Notes under the pieces: model-generated
Databases searched by the model: none
What the model was told of the DNA's origin: nothing
What the model saw: the letters and a program-made list of their open reading frames with translations, nothing else
From: Azolla caroliniana
Taxonomy: Eukaryota > Plantae > Polypodiophyta
NCBI GenBank assembly: GCA_043228905.1
Contig: JBHGNT010000004.1
Coordinates: 22,010,001-22,074,000, forward strand
Direction: 5' to 3'
DNA: 64,000 nt
Made by a program: the position numbers and the translations under genes
Shown here: in pieces, positions 9,074-22,499 of the stretch
Position numbering within the stretch: the first letter of the stretch is position 1
Layout of the letters: the number at the start of each line of letters is the position of its first letter

Positions 9074-11272
9074 ATGGCGTCCTCAAGCAACCAAGCAGGA
9101 GAGCTCGAAAGGATGATGCTAATCGTCGAGCAAATGATGAAATCTCGGGACAACGATGCGAGCGTGGAGAAGGCTGTCGATCGTGTCGTAGAGCTCGAGG
9201 GCCAATTCGATGGAAGGAACGTTACGAAGTTCCTTGATGCATATAGAAGGGAGATGAATCAAAGGGACGTGTCCGAGGCACGTCAAATCGCAAGCTTCAA
9301 GAGAGTTGTCGCCAACAACATCCAAAGACGCGTCATCGAGCTTCAAGAAGGTAAGACAACATGGTCCGAGTTCGAGAAAACGATACTAGCGGAGTTCGTG
9401 ACTGAAGACTCAACAAGGATGACTCGACATGCCCTGATGAAGTGGATAGAGAAGAAGAACAAGAAGATGAGCGTCTCGAGGGTGTACGACGAATTCGACT
9501 AGATGTTTAGTTGTCTCCCCAATACAGACCAAGTGTTGCTTGAAGAGGACAGGACTTTGTACTTCTTGAAGGCCGTGGACATAAAGGATAGACGGGAATT
9601 GGGGACTCTTCTCGAAGATGATACCCAAGCAAATGGGCTCGTAGCGGACTGGATCGCGGTGAAGCGGGCATGCAATAGGCTCGACAAGCATCGCCAATGG
9701 GTTGATGACACCGACTTGACGGGACCGACTACCACAGAGAAAGCAAGACCGCCGAAAGTAGCTGAGCCGCTGAGACAAAGTAACGTGGAAGAAAAGAAGA
9801 TTGATGACGACATCATTGAAGAGCTAGCGAAGAAGTTCGAGAAGGTCACGCTAGCCAACATGAATCGTCGGGGCCCTAAAGGAAAAGAACCCTTTAGATG
9901 CGTGTGGTGCGATAGCATGGACCACATGAGAAGGGATTGTGCGAGCCTTTGAGAGGCGATTCGACAAAATATCGTATACATAGAGGACAACATGATCTGC
10001 TCAAGCGAGACTAGAAGACCCCTACATGTCAATTTCGGAAGAGGAGGAATGAAGAAATCTATGGAGGATGCCGATGCGACTCATGTGGATGCGATGCACT
10101 ATGCTGCGTCGGCCGGAATAAGAGTCGGGAAAGACAAGACTGAAGCTGCTAGAGCGGGAGCAAAGTTTTGGACTTCCGTTCTCGAATATGAGAAGAAGGG
10201 AAAAGTCACATCGAACGAGGTAGAGCTTGCGGACCGAAACGTGCAACACATAACCGGGTGGTCGGATCCGGTGGACGACAACACCATACTCGCAGAAGTG
10301 ATGTGCGACAACCATGAGGTGTTCGTCGAAGAAAAGAGAAAGAGAATAGAAGAGCAAGGCCCATCAAAAAGACATGAAACAAGGAACGCGAAAAAGAAGG
10401 ACGATACGGAGACGAGTCGACCTTTACAAACGGAGGAACGAGAATCAAGCCGAAAAGGGGAGCTAAGCATACGAGTTGAAGAAACGGTTCGGCCCGTGAA
10501 GGTTGGTGTCGAAGACCCCACTCGGAGGACAAGGACTATACCTACCTATAAGCTAAGGTCGGACATAGAGCAGACGACGGACCTAAAGAAGATTCTCGAA
10601 GAACGAGTTCTTGATAGCCACGTAACTTTGTCCTTGAGGGAATTGCTTGGCATTACGAAGAAGGAGTTCCATGACACGATCGTGGACCTTGTAAAGAGAA
10701 AGAGACAACAATCGGACGAGGAAGAAGAGAAGCCACGAAAAGCAAAAACGAATGCCATAACGATGGCAAGAGACGAAATCGATGAAGATATGGTGGACAG
10801 CCACTACACTCGACCTCATTGGGCACAAGCGACAACAGAGACGCCGGTGAAGATCGGGGAGAAGAAAGAGACCGTCGTAGCCTTGATCGACCACGGCTCG
10901 GAGATCAACCTCATGTCAACCGACTTCTACAAAAAGGGAAGATGGCCAATCAATACAAACCACGGATGGAAGATTCGCGCGGAAACAAAGTCTACGGAGG
11001 ATTTGTACGGAGCTTGTCCCAATGTCAAAGTCACGATCGGGGATGTGGAGATGGATCAACACTTCTTTGTACAAGAATCAACGTCGCATCCTGTCATCCT
11101 AGGGCAACCTTATATCACATCATCTCGGATGGAGACCAAAGTGTTCGATAATGGAGCAGCCTTCGCACGAATAAAGAGTCTTGACAACCAAAGATCGGTC
11201 CAATTCCTAACGGTGCGAGCCAATCATGAAAGGAATCGAGATAGTCTCGGAGGCGAATCCTCGGATTTTTAG
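9074..11272 (+). pseudogene. Gypsy ORF1 gag-protease with two in-frame premature stops (9500, 9950)
   Basis: The ORF pieces at 9068, 9503 and 9992 share one frame. Zinc knuckle CVWCDSMDHMRRDC and aspartic protease ALIDHGSEINLM are present. Confidence 0.9.
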
Positions 11273-14200
11273 AGCGGACTATTGAAGCATGGGGCACAAA
11301 TAGTCCGAGCAATCACAAGACCCCACAAGAAAGAAGAGTGCGTGGATTGCAAGGAGAAGCAACATGTGTCACACCTAGTGGCGCATGTAAACTAGTACTA
11401 CCCGACAAGAAGCACAAGCGCTGGATACAAGAATTCGAGAAGATGCTGAAAGAAGAGAACATAATAGAAGAAGGAGAGTTCGTGACTCATATTATGGAAG
11501 AAGCCTCATTTACCGACACCATCAGCGAAATCGAGGACGTCGTGGACTTGAGCTATCTTCACAATCAACGCGTGATTTCGGTTAACTCCGTCAACATGTA
11601 CGCTATCATCGATGAATACCGTCGTGGCATCTCGATGAAGGAAGCTGACATCAACACCAAATATAAAACGGTGGATAAGAAGATCAAGCCAGTTGCGGTT
11701 CCACTACCGGAAGATAGCTGGCAAAAGATGAAGGAAGTCGCTAACGATCCAAGCTTAAGAGATCCGAAGAAGATAGGTCATGTCTTCACCAAAGAGACGA
11801 AGGGGAAGCTACGAGTTGGAAAGGAGGATTTCCTTCTCCCTGAAGAGGACCGAATGTTTCGCGATATGCTTGAGAGACATGGGAAAGCTTTCGCATTCTT
11901 CCCACGAGAAATCGGATGCGCCGACCCAAAGGTTATAGAGCCGATGGTGATCTTCATGGTGCCTCATGTGCCTTGGAACTTGAAACCGATACCGGTTCCG
12001 AGAGCACACCTTCCGAAGTTGATCGAGCTCTTAAAGGAGAAGGTGAGTATGAGAATTCTAGAACCGTCGAATGCTCCTTATTCCAATAGGTGGTTCACGG
12101 TGCCGAAGAAGAATGGATCATTGCGATTCATCCAAGATCTTCAACCCGTCAACAAGGTGACAATTCGAAATGCCGGAATCGGTCCGAGCGTGGACGAATT
12201 TGCCGAAGCGTTTGCGGGCCGGTCCATCTACTCCATTGGCGATCTCTACTCCGGATATGACCAATTCCAATTGTCGATCGACAGTCGGGACATTACAACC
12301 ATGAGGACTCTGATCGGGCTTGTGCGGATGTGTACCTTACCCCAAGGCGCAACGAACTCGGTGGCTCATATGGTGAATGCCATGAATAAAGTCTTGAAGG
12401 ATTGCATTCCGGACATCACGATGCCATTCTTGGATGATATTCCGATAAAAGGATGTTCAGATGAGGAGAAAGATGAATCGAAAGATAAGGAAGGTTGTAG
12501 AAAGTTCGTTGCGGATCATATGAAAGATTGCGAGAAGGTGCTTCAAAGGCTCGAAGATGCGAATTTGACATTTTCGGGAGAAAAATCTGCATTCGGGCAA
12601 CCGGAGATCTTGGTGGTAGGTCACTTGTGTGGAGCATACGGCCGGAAGCCCTCGCCATCCAAAGTGAACGCAATCCAAGACATGAAAGAAGAATGCGAAA
12701 ACCAAACGGAGGTTCGAAGGTTCCTTGGAGCGTGCGCGTTTTATCATATATGGATTCCTCACTATGCTCATGTCGTCGAACCGTTATATGGACTACTAAA
12801 GAAAAGATTAAAGTTCGAATGGCGAGAGGAGCACACAGAGGCGATGCAAAGATTAAAGAAATTGCTTCTTGAAGCTCCGGCACTAAGGAAGGCCGACTAT
12901 GCCGAAGGGAAACCAATTTACGTGACCGTAGATACGAGCCCAACCGGAATCGGGTGGGTCATCAATCAAGAAGGTGAAGATAATGCGCGATATGCCGTCC
13001 GGTTCGGAGCAAAGGTTCTCAGCGAACGGCAACAAAGATATGCCCAAGTCAAGCGGGAACTTTGGGGTATTGTGTCGGCAGTGAAGACGGATAAAGATTA
13101 CCTGATCGGGTCAGAAGTGATAATAGAGACAGATTGTCTCCCAATTCTCGGAATGGTCTCAGGATGTGCGACCCCAGATCTTGCTATGCTAAGGTGGATC
13201 GCCTACATCAAGTCTTTAAACCCAGTGATCCGTCACATCGCAGGGAAGAAGAACGCCATGGCTGACATGCTATCGAGGGCAAGATTTTCAAATGGAAGTA
13301 ATATGGTTTCGGAAGATGAAGATGTCGCCCTCGACTTCTTCAAGATGGCTCGATTGTTGGCGGAAGACCAGGACACGCAAACCCTCCACGCCTTCAACGA
13401 GAACGAGTACGAAGGAGAATGGTTACTCATCGGTAGATTCCTAAGAACATTGACGATAGATGCTTCGTTGACAAAGGAGAAGGCCCTACGAATCCGAAAG
13501 AAAGCTTACCGATACTTCTTGAAGGGAGGATTCCTTTGGCGACATCCAAAAAGAAGGACAGGAATACCACGTCGAGTGGTGGTAAAGAGAGAAGAGCAAG
13601 AGACGTTGATGACCGAATTCCACGAGAGTGCTTGGGCAGGTCATAGAGGAACATGGGCGACGTTCGAAAAATTGAAGGAGAAGTACTGGTGGCCAAGCAT
13701 GTACAAAGATGTACTCCATTTCGTGTCCACATGTGAAACTTGCCAAATATATTCAAATATACGTCATCGTGATGAGTTAAAGCCGACATACCCACTCACC
13801 ATTCACTTCAAATGGATGGTGGATCTGGTCTCGATGCCAATGGGAGTGGGACAAATGAAGTACTTAGCGCTGGCAAGGGAAGACTTGACAAATCAAGTGG
13901 AAGGACGAGCCTTGACAAATAAGACGACTTCAACCGTTTGTAAAATGTTTACTTGAAGATGTTGTTTGTCGATATGGATGTGTAGGGAAGATAGTGGCCG
14001 ACCGAGGGGAGTTGGATGCGCACGAAGCGACGGAGCTCTTCGAAAGACTAGGCGTGAAGCTCTCCCTCACGACTGCCTACAATCCGGAAGCAAATGGGAA
14101 GATCGAGCGAGGGCATGGACCTATCGTTAAAGCCATCGTACGGGCATGCAACAGTCGAGTCGGGAATTGGCCACGACTATTACCCTATGCCTTGTGGGTC

Positions 14201-14758
14201 GATAGAATGACACATAGCTCAGTGACAGGGTATATGCCGACGGAGCTTATGTATGGACAAAAGTCGATTATGCCCATCGAAAGGACGATCGCCTCATGGG
14301 TAGCGATACCGTGGGAGAACGAGATGAGCCGAGAAGAGTTATTAGCGGCGTGGATAAGGCAACTTGAAAGAAGACCTGAAGATTTAGAAAAAGCGCGAAA
14401 GATGATGAAGGTAGCCCGAGTAAAGAACAAAGTTCGGTTCAACAACACGCATCGACTTCGTCCCAAGAAGATTGAAGAAGGGGATTGGGTTTTGGTTTAC
14501 GACAGCACCCTTGACAATCAACACAGTACAACAAGGAAGTTCGCAAGAAGATGGTTCGGGTCGTAAGTGGTGACAAGTGCCAACGATAATGCCACATACC
14601 ACCTTGCGGAACTAGACGGATCAAGGTTGGTTGTACCCATTGCGGGAAAAAGAGTAAAGATTTTCAAGAAAAGACAAGACAAGAATCCTGACCTCGATTA
14701 CCTCGACGATGAACATAATAGGCCGGATGAAAATGAAGACATGGAGGAATCTAATTGA
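11269..14758 (+). pseudogene. Gypsy ORF2 RT-RNaseH-integrase (-1 frame relative to ORF1; frameshift at ~13950, stop at 14564)
   Basis: RT: LPQGATNS and FLDD. RNase H: DTS, RELWG, TDC and ADMLSR. Integrase: HHCC (HESAWAGH..CETC), the D,D,E triad (VDL, ADRG, NGKIER) and a GPY/F-like RWFGS*V. Confidence 0.92.
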
Positions 14759-14830
14759 TCATCGTAGCCGAAATCTCACTTATTCTCTTCTTGGCACGTA
14801 CCGGAGGACGTGCGGTTTGGTGGGGGTGGA

Positions 14831-15851
14831 TGTCGTGAAGATTTTCGGCAATAGTGTGAAAATCCCATAAAACGTACGAAATCGAGTATGAATCACGTAG
14901 TACAATAATTGTGAAGATAACATTTTAAATAGATTTAATATCTAAGTACAAAATGATGGAGGTTTCGAATGCACTTTATTACACGAGAAACAGACAACTA
15001 AATGTCAAGATATGAGGGTATAAAGTTTGTGAAAAGAAAAGAGAAAATTGTGAGATATCCCACATAGGCACGACAAATACGGCTCTCATCATATATAAGG
15101 TGGAGCAAAAGATATTATCTTTGTGTCTATGTGTGGAGCATAGAGAGTTCAAGGTAACTTGAACTAAGAGTGGAGGTGGCTAGCTACTCGTAAAGGGTTT
15201 TGGCCAACCAAAACCGGATCGACGATGGAGCCGGTGATCCGACCGCAATCCGGCAAACCGGTGTCCGGCGACTAGATAAATAAATATATAAATATATATA
15301 CATATTTACATATACAAGGAGGGCAAGTAAGGATTCGAACCTTGCACCTCCAAGTTAGGAGTCAATTGGCTTACCATTAAGCCATGCTATTTAGTTAAAA
15401 TTATATTTCTATCATTGTACTTTTACATGTAAATTCTCATACATGAGAGCTAAAATGAGTGACATGGTTATCATGCACCACATGTAATACTTAAGCGCCA
15501 AATGGCAAACATGCAATTTATGCATGTCTTGTACCCTCACATGCATCATATGCATGAGAGCATCTATAAAAGAGGGAAGGGGGAGGAGAAAAAGGACGGT
15601 TTTTTTTATGAAAATTAAGAGGAAGAAATTCGTTATCAAATTGATTGTGTAACTTGTTTCTTAAATCTAAAGTTAAAATTTCAATCAATCTCTCTCAATC
15701 GTGTGATCTCAACTTCTCTCTTTCCCAATCTATCTTAAGTACTTTCTCGCTAAAGCTTACGCCAAAGCTTGTACTGACTTTGAATCCTTCCGGTCCAGAA
15801 CCCCGGCGGGTCCGCCTCACGATCCGCGCGTAGTGACGGATCTTCACGACA
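14831..15851 (+). repeat. 3' LTR of Gypsy D (1021 bp)
   Basis: Direct repeat of the 5' LTR, preceded by the PPT GGTTTGGTGGGGGTGGA. Confidence 0.95.
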
Positions 15852-16392
15852 GCGTGCGATAGTTGGTGGGTTGCCTTTGGCAATGGTTTTAAAACGAAGA
15901 CATATTTTGAATGGGACATGTTTTTTTTGTGCAGTGGTTGACAAAGATGCCAGACATACGTTCATTACATGTTCGGTTGCTAAAGCCATTTGGGTGGTTA
16001 TATCACAAATTTGGCCATCGATAATAGAAAATATTTTGTCACTTTTAAGTAGGTTTTTATTGATGAGGATAAACCTAGTATGCCCACATCATCATATAAG
16101 GTCGTGTTTGACTACCTTAGGTATTGGGGGATGTGGTTTAATTAGACCATGAGAAATGGGTTCTTGTTTGATGGACTTCATGGGGTAACACAACAACTCC
16201 ATAAGATGAAAGGGAAATTGATTTGGCAATTTTCAGAATTGTGTTGTATGGGGACGTTGTCTCAAGAAGAGTTTGAGTTATGTCATCTAGTATTACAAGA
16301 CTTGAGAGGGTTTCCCTTGTAGGATCACTACTAATGAAGTAGTGAAGATAACTAGGGTCTTATTATCATCTTGTTTTAATAACAAACATCGA

Positions 16393-16426
<34 letters not shown>
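15852..16426 (+). mobile_element. 3' part of the second LINE, ending in (GA)n
   Basis: AIVGGLPL...CFFC....DARHTFITCSVAKAIW zinc-finger region, then (GA)n at 16399-16426. Confidence 0.85.
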
Positions 16427-16429
<3 letters not shown>

Positions 16430-16930
16430 ATGTCTTGTTACAAAGATGGTTTGGAGATTTATTAATGCAATATGGATGTCCTTGATAGGAGTGATAAAAT
16501 CTCCTTTCAAATGGGTTTTTGCACAAGTGGATTTAGGAGGTATTTCACCTTTTTTTCAGATTATATTTTGGATTATTTGAGGTATTATTTGGATTATTTT
16601 TTGGTTTATTTGGCATATGCGAAATGCTTTTATATTTGATGAACAAAGGGGAGTACATCGTTATGTGTTGAGATTGAAAGGGTTCCTTTTATGCCAATTT
16701 TCATTGTTGGGGATGTCAAGTATTTCAATCATGAAGAGAGACAAGTATGTAAGTTAGTTGGGCATCACATTCGTCATTTGGTCTGATAAGAAAGGTTATG
16801 AGATGTTGAGAGGCATTCATGGTTTGTAATGATATGAATATGTATCTCTCTATGTAGATATGTAAAGATGACTTACAAGTTGTAATAGTGGGTTTTTTTA
16901 CTTGCAATTAATATAATTGTGTGATTTTAT

Positions 16931-16966
<36 letters not shown>
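16427..16966 (+). mobile_element. Further 5'-truncated LINE 3' fragment
   Basis: WVFAQ and FIWHMRNAFIFD are homologous to 4280-4400. It starts right after (GA)n and ends in (TG)n(AG)n. Confidence 0.75.
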
Positions 16967-16967
<1 letters not shown>

Positions 16968-16971
16968 ATAC

Positions 16972-17207
16972 GTGTATGTGCTCACATGGGTGTAGCTCAG
17001 TTGGCAAGGTTGTTCAATGAACAATAGGTCATGGGTTCAACCCCGACATTCCATAATGGCATCTAGTTAATGAAGAGATGTATGGAGTATAGAAACGCGA
17101 GAATTTTGGGTTTATGTATGGAGTAATAGAGAGGTGAGAAATTTAGGTTCTAAACACAAGAGATAGCATTAGTAGTGTAACAACTTAGCACTAGGGTAAG
17201 GTAATTA
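16972..17207. repeat. Convergent two-tRNA-like module, copy 3
   Basis: TGTAGCTCAGTTGG...GGGTTCAACCCC..CATTCCA...GGCATCTAGT...GAGAGGTGAG...GGTAAGGTAATTA, as in copy 2. Confidence 0.75.
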
Positions 17208-19872
17208 GGAGAGATTTGGCTTATTGTTGATTATAGTAACTCATTATTTAAAAATAAAGAAAGAATGTGTGTATGTGTGAGAGTTCAAGTTTCAGAGTGT
17301 AAACGAGTACTCATGTAATTGTGTTGCGTATGTGTGTATCTATACATAATGTGAAAGCATTTGTTGGCCATGAAGGTTTCTTCATCATGAGTGTTGTTTG
17401 ACTCCCAAAGCTCATAAATCCCCTGCTTTGATGAAGAAAGTGCTCGGGTGCTTGGATTTCCAATGCAAAATGTTTGTCATGAAACTCATGTAGACCTTAG
17501 GATACTAACATATAAAACACTTTGATGTGTAGATCCAGAATCTGTCTTTTGCCAAAATTAATGTAATTTATCATGCAGATTCTCACTCCATGCACATATT
17601 TTTGAGCCAAAAACTTTATTGTGATCTTTGGTTGATGGTGAATTGGATGAACTTAATTCCAGACGCTTTCCTCCATAATTTGTATGTGCCACGTCACGAC
17701 AACGATAGGTTTGATTCAAAACCGTTGAGTTTATGGTATAATTATACATGTAAAGTTCTCACAATTACCAAGATGAGGATTGTGGTCGACATATTTATTG
17801 TAAAGGATCATTTGTTAGATGTAGCACAAATCAATAATGCAAGGTCAAATATATAATGGTTGGGAGATTTAATGCCAAGGACGTGGGCCTTAGATTGCAT
17901 AACCATTAATATATTAAATTGATGAACTTTGGTTGGATTCCTCCAGATATTTGTGTCTTACTTATAATGGTAACTAAAGAAACTCGTTTCCACCATGTTT
18001 TATTTATTTCAATACAACCTAACTTGAAAAATTAAAGACGGGGATTTAGAAACTAATGCACGCCGTATGGTTTTAGGTGTATATTATAATGAATAGAATT
18101 CCAATGATTCATGTGTGATAGAGAGAGTAAACGATTCCCATGACCATTTGCACAAATCTAAATAAACAATTATTCTTCATATCTTAAACCATCCACGAGT
18201 TTTTACACATCATTATATATTCAACTTGGATACTAGATGTCAAACTCCCTTGCAATCAACCATGTGTGACAACCTTTTTTACAACCGAAATACTTAGCAC
18301 AAAGGTTTTGTGTTTTTCCTTTTCCATCGACAGCTTTTTGAGATCGTAGAATTATAAAAGTTTTGTGAATCCTACAAATATCTCACAGGAAATTGTGATT
18401 ACCATTACTTTTCCATTCAGCCTTAGAGGGCTGTTTGTGAGATAGATGCTATCCTCTTTTTTCTGTGACTTGTTTGTCTTCCTTTTATCAAACTTCACGA
18501 CTCGTAATAAAACTAGGCGTGCCAAACATAAAGATAGTGACAAGGCTCAAGTTTCGTCATTAATATGAATTCCACACTAGACTACAAATGACAACAATTC
18601 ATTGAGCTTCTTGAATAACGAAAAGCCCCCTACCATAAAAAGGAGCCCTCCCTTTACTTTCGGCCTACAAATCAAATTAATAAGAACGTGCAATGCGAAT
18701 GTGCCTTTATTGTGATGACCAACAATAAATGGAGTGCATAGATTATTGGAAGTCCGGGCTCAGAAATGAGATGCACCTATTGCTTGTGGGATGTGGCCAA
18801 AAATACATTCTAGGTAGGATGACTAAACACAACTCGATTAATTATTTCTGTAGAGAACCCAAAGTTTAGGGCTTTGTGGAAAACGTGTGGGTCGGTTTCG
18901 ATGATGGATGACAGAAAAACAATTGTTTACATAAAAGTGAAAGGTGTACAAGAAGACAAAGAAATGTCACATGGGTATTAAATAACCACGAGCTGAAACC
19001 CTTTTTGAGTTTTTGAAAACGACAAATTTTTTATGTTGTGACCCAAAGGCACGATTCTCAGATCTATAGACATCGGAAAAAAATAATCACATAAACGCCT
19101 CTCCTTTGCCACGTGATGCTAAGTTTTGAATTATCTCGTTACTTTGTTATGCAATGAGAATAAAATATTGTCACGCCATATACAACATTACTGTAATAAT
19201 GACAAATAGACATGTGCTACTTAGGGACACTATAAATCTCTCAAACACAATAATGAAAAAATGAGCAACTCTTTGTGAGGTTGCTTAATGAAATCAAACA
19301 TATAGACATAGAGAATTTGCTATGAAATAGAGTCAAGACATGAATGTTGATTAGACTGTGCAATACATATGCTTATTCCACACTTTTCAAGAGTCACACA
19401 ATTACTCCTTCAAAAGGAGTACAAAACTGTTATGCAAATTCGTGAGTAGCTATTGGTCTCAAACTGTAAAGGCTTTCTAGCTTCCCAATGAGTAGTTGCC
19501 CTATTAATAGTAATTTATACCTATAAAAGTGTTTTGAGGTCGATCAAACCCTCAAACAATTGACTAAACACAATCGCATTAGGTGGTTTCTTGAGTAATG
19601 GATTGATCAAGACCCACGACCCTTTTATGCATGAGGTTGTTCAAAGGATGAAAAACATGTGGGGTTCACATATCACTAGGCCACCAAAAGTGGACCCACC
19701 ATTTGATGGGACAAAATGAATGTCATCAACCCTCTTTATGAAATAAAAAGCTATCATGTTTTCATAACTAGAACAAATAGTCTCTTCACGAAATAAAGGA
19801 TCATATTGTTCACCTTCTTGGGCATCAACACCTCATTTACCGAGGCATCATTCTCATCCACGTGATTGTAGC

Positions 19873-20534
19873 CATAGATTGACATATTCGCATTCGTCGG
19901 GTTTCCCATTCGAATGCAAACGAATACGAATACGAATGGGCAGTCAAGTATTCGTTTAAACCCCCCTCCCCAAAAAAAAAAATTTTAAAAATTAAAAAAA
20001 TTCCTAGGATAAAAAGAAAGGAACTTAACAATAAATAGGGATAATAAAAGAGGGACTTTGGGGACTTGACAATTCTAAATTTTTATAATAAATGTATAAC
20101 TTATAAGTATTCGTTTTATTTTTAATAAATAAATAAAATAAAATAAAGGCTCATTAATTTCTCACTTTTTATTTCCTCAAAATTTATGGATATTTTTATC
20201 TTAAAATTAAAAATAGTACTTCAAACTAATCATATCTTCAAAGTTCATATTAATTAGTAATCATATTTGTATAATAAATTTTAAAATATTCGTTTTTAAA
20301 CAATTAATTAATTAATTAAAATAAGTTTCATAAACTCTCTTGACACTATAATCTATTAATAAATAATTGTTTTTTTTGGTGAAATACATTTATTTAAATA
20401 AATATATAATTTTTTTATATTTATTTTACAAAACGAATGGTTTTTTAATATTCTTGGGGCCATTTTATATTCTCGAATATGGAGAATATTGCGCATGGAG
20501 AATATGACGAATATCACGCATGTGTCAATCTATG
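19873..20534. mobile_element. Non-autonomous hAT element (MITE)
   Basis: TIR CATAGATTGACA/TGTCAATCTATG, a perfect 8-bp TSD ATTGTAGC (19865-19872 and 20535-20542) and subterminal CGAATA repeats. Confidence 0.9.
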
Positions 20535-22499
20535 ATTGTAGCATAAGAAACCTGCCAAGAAAATAATATTGGAGTTTGAAGTTGTTGTCTATTCTTTATA
20601 AAATAATTTTGTGACTTGTCTAAATCCTCCTTAACAAACTTAGTAAAATTAGGATTCATCCTATAACTCAATTTTAAGTCAATGTCTCATAACTCAATTT
20701 TAAGTCAATGTTTCATAAGCCCATCATCGACTTTCAATTTGGTTCTATGAGTAAATGATGTCAAAACCACACCTCACAAATCATACTAGCCCTATGCAAA
20801 TTCAAATACACCTTTGAATTCTCTTAAAAGTTTATTCAAGGCTTGTTTGAATACATTATTCTGATGAGTAGCGTCTTTTACACATTGGGATCATCTTTTA
20901 TTCACAAACTCATGTTTTTTTTTGTTCATAAACTAAAACTCTAGCAACTTTGCATAGAGTACATCCATGCCTAACTCAACTTTTGACAATTTATTTTGTT
21001 ATCTTTTCACATTGGATGGAATTTTGAAAATCAATTAATTTCTAAGTGTGGTATTAACAAAACTTTTCCAAATTTCATCCTAGACACCACTTTGTTGTCT
21101 AGGCATGCCTTCATAAGCTTATATTCAGCTATGGATTAGTTGATTACAAGAGTGAGGACCAGAAAACCAATTATTGGTCCACATTACCACTATTTTTTAT
21201 TCAAATATTGAGCTCCTTGTTCATTTAATAAAAAAACCTTAAAAAATATTGAGCTCCTTAAAAAAAACCTTCTATGTTTGGCATTGAATGGTATTCATTT
21301 ACGTTATAGTACTCATTTTACTTTGATTTGCCTTTTCCTTTCATCAAAATAACTTCGTCATTTTCCATTGAGGTGTATGTTTTGTTAGTCATAACTAGAC
21401 TTGAATGAGTAATTGGATATACTTCATTTTTGTCATGAACTTTGTACAAGAATCACATGAGGTGCATGAGGTGGTTGATTTGCTTCTTGATCCTAATGTT
21501 GTCCTTGAGTTGTAGAAGCAATTTATACATACGAAAATGCCGTAAAACTATTCATTCCTAACACCAACACACGCACACATAGAGGGAGAGTTCCATTACA
21601 TTTATTGTAAGGTTTATTGGCATGACAATGTTTAAAAAAAGGATAGAAATGCCACCCCATGTGTATGTTTTAACAATACAAGCATAGAGCTCTCTCACAT
21701 ATATGTGAACGGCTTTCAAGTTTGGCCACAGTGTTCACTATTTGTTTCACTATTGATTAGGGTTTGTATGCTAGCAACTAGAATAATAATCCATATATCA
21801 TATCCTAGAACATTGTTATGCAAGCAAATTCACAACTCTCAACTCTCAACTCTCTTACTAATGAAAAGAATGTAAATAAAAGGAAAGAGCAACATGCATA
21901 TGTGTGTGGGTGTGTGTATGTGTGGAATAAAATTATTCTCGAGGGTATTTGATGAATCAAATGACAAATAGGATTATCATGTCCATTATGCACATTGTGA
22001 ATGGATTAATCGCAGAGTCCCACATTTTGAAATGCAAATATGCTTATTTAGATGCGATGCCCATCTCCATTTATTTTTGGCACAATATTCACATGTTGGT
22101 TACCATGTCGTTTCCATATCCATCAAAATCTTTATTTTGTGTTAGAACAACCTTGTTGATACAACAAACCGTTTTCATATATTTTGCAGTTATCACCGCC
22201 AAGACACAAAATTATTTTCATGGACGTTTGGTTTTGATAGATGTTTTTTGCTCCTTTCGTATGTTGAGCTCACAATAATTCATAAAGAATCGTCAATATT
22301 CAACCCTTTTAGGTGGAAAGTTGTCCTTCACCATTATATGTGATTTTCGGGACATTGTTTCTCATCTCTCGTCACGTTCTAACATTGCTTCTTGCTTCTT
22401 GCTTCTTGCTTCTTGTCTATTGCCTCTTGAAAATAAAGTGTAGTACTAAGAGGGCCTTTTTTCTTCTCTTTTAATAATTCCTTCGTGTTTCTTTCAATT

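Larger units (their letters stand above)
7815..15851 (+). mobile_element. Full-length Ty3/Gypsy LTR retrotransposon D (no chromodomain), young but inactivated
   Basis: LTRs at 7815-9006 and 14831-15851 (TGTCGTGAAG...CTTCACGACA; about 10 substitutions by eye outside the internal VNTR). TSD GCGT at 7811-7814 and 15852-15855. PBS at 9015-9032 and PPT at 14814-14830. Domain order PR-RT-RH-IN. Confidence 0.97.

Noticed and set aside
9410-13795. Many minus-strand ORFs within Gypsy D as antisense genes
   Set aside because: They are short, have no motifs, and are expected opposite a long coding frame.
13940-13960. Second programmed frameshift within integrase
   Set aside because: There is no slippery heptamer or structure, and the break falls inside the catalytic core. 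It is best explained as a 1-nt insertion from decay.
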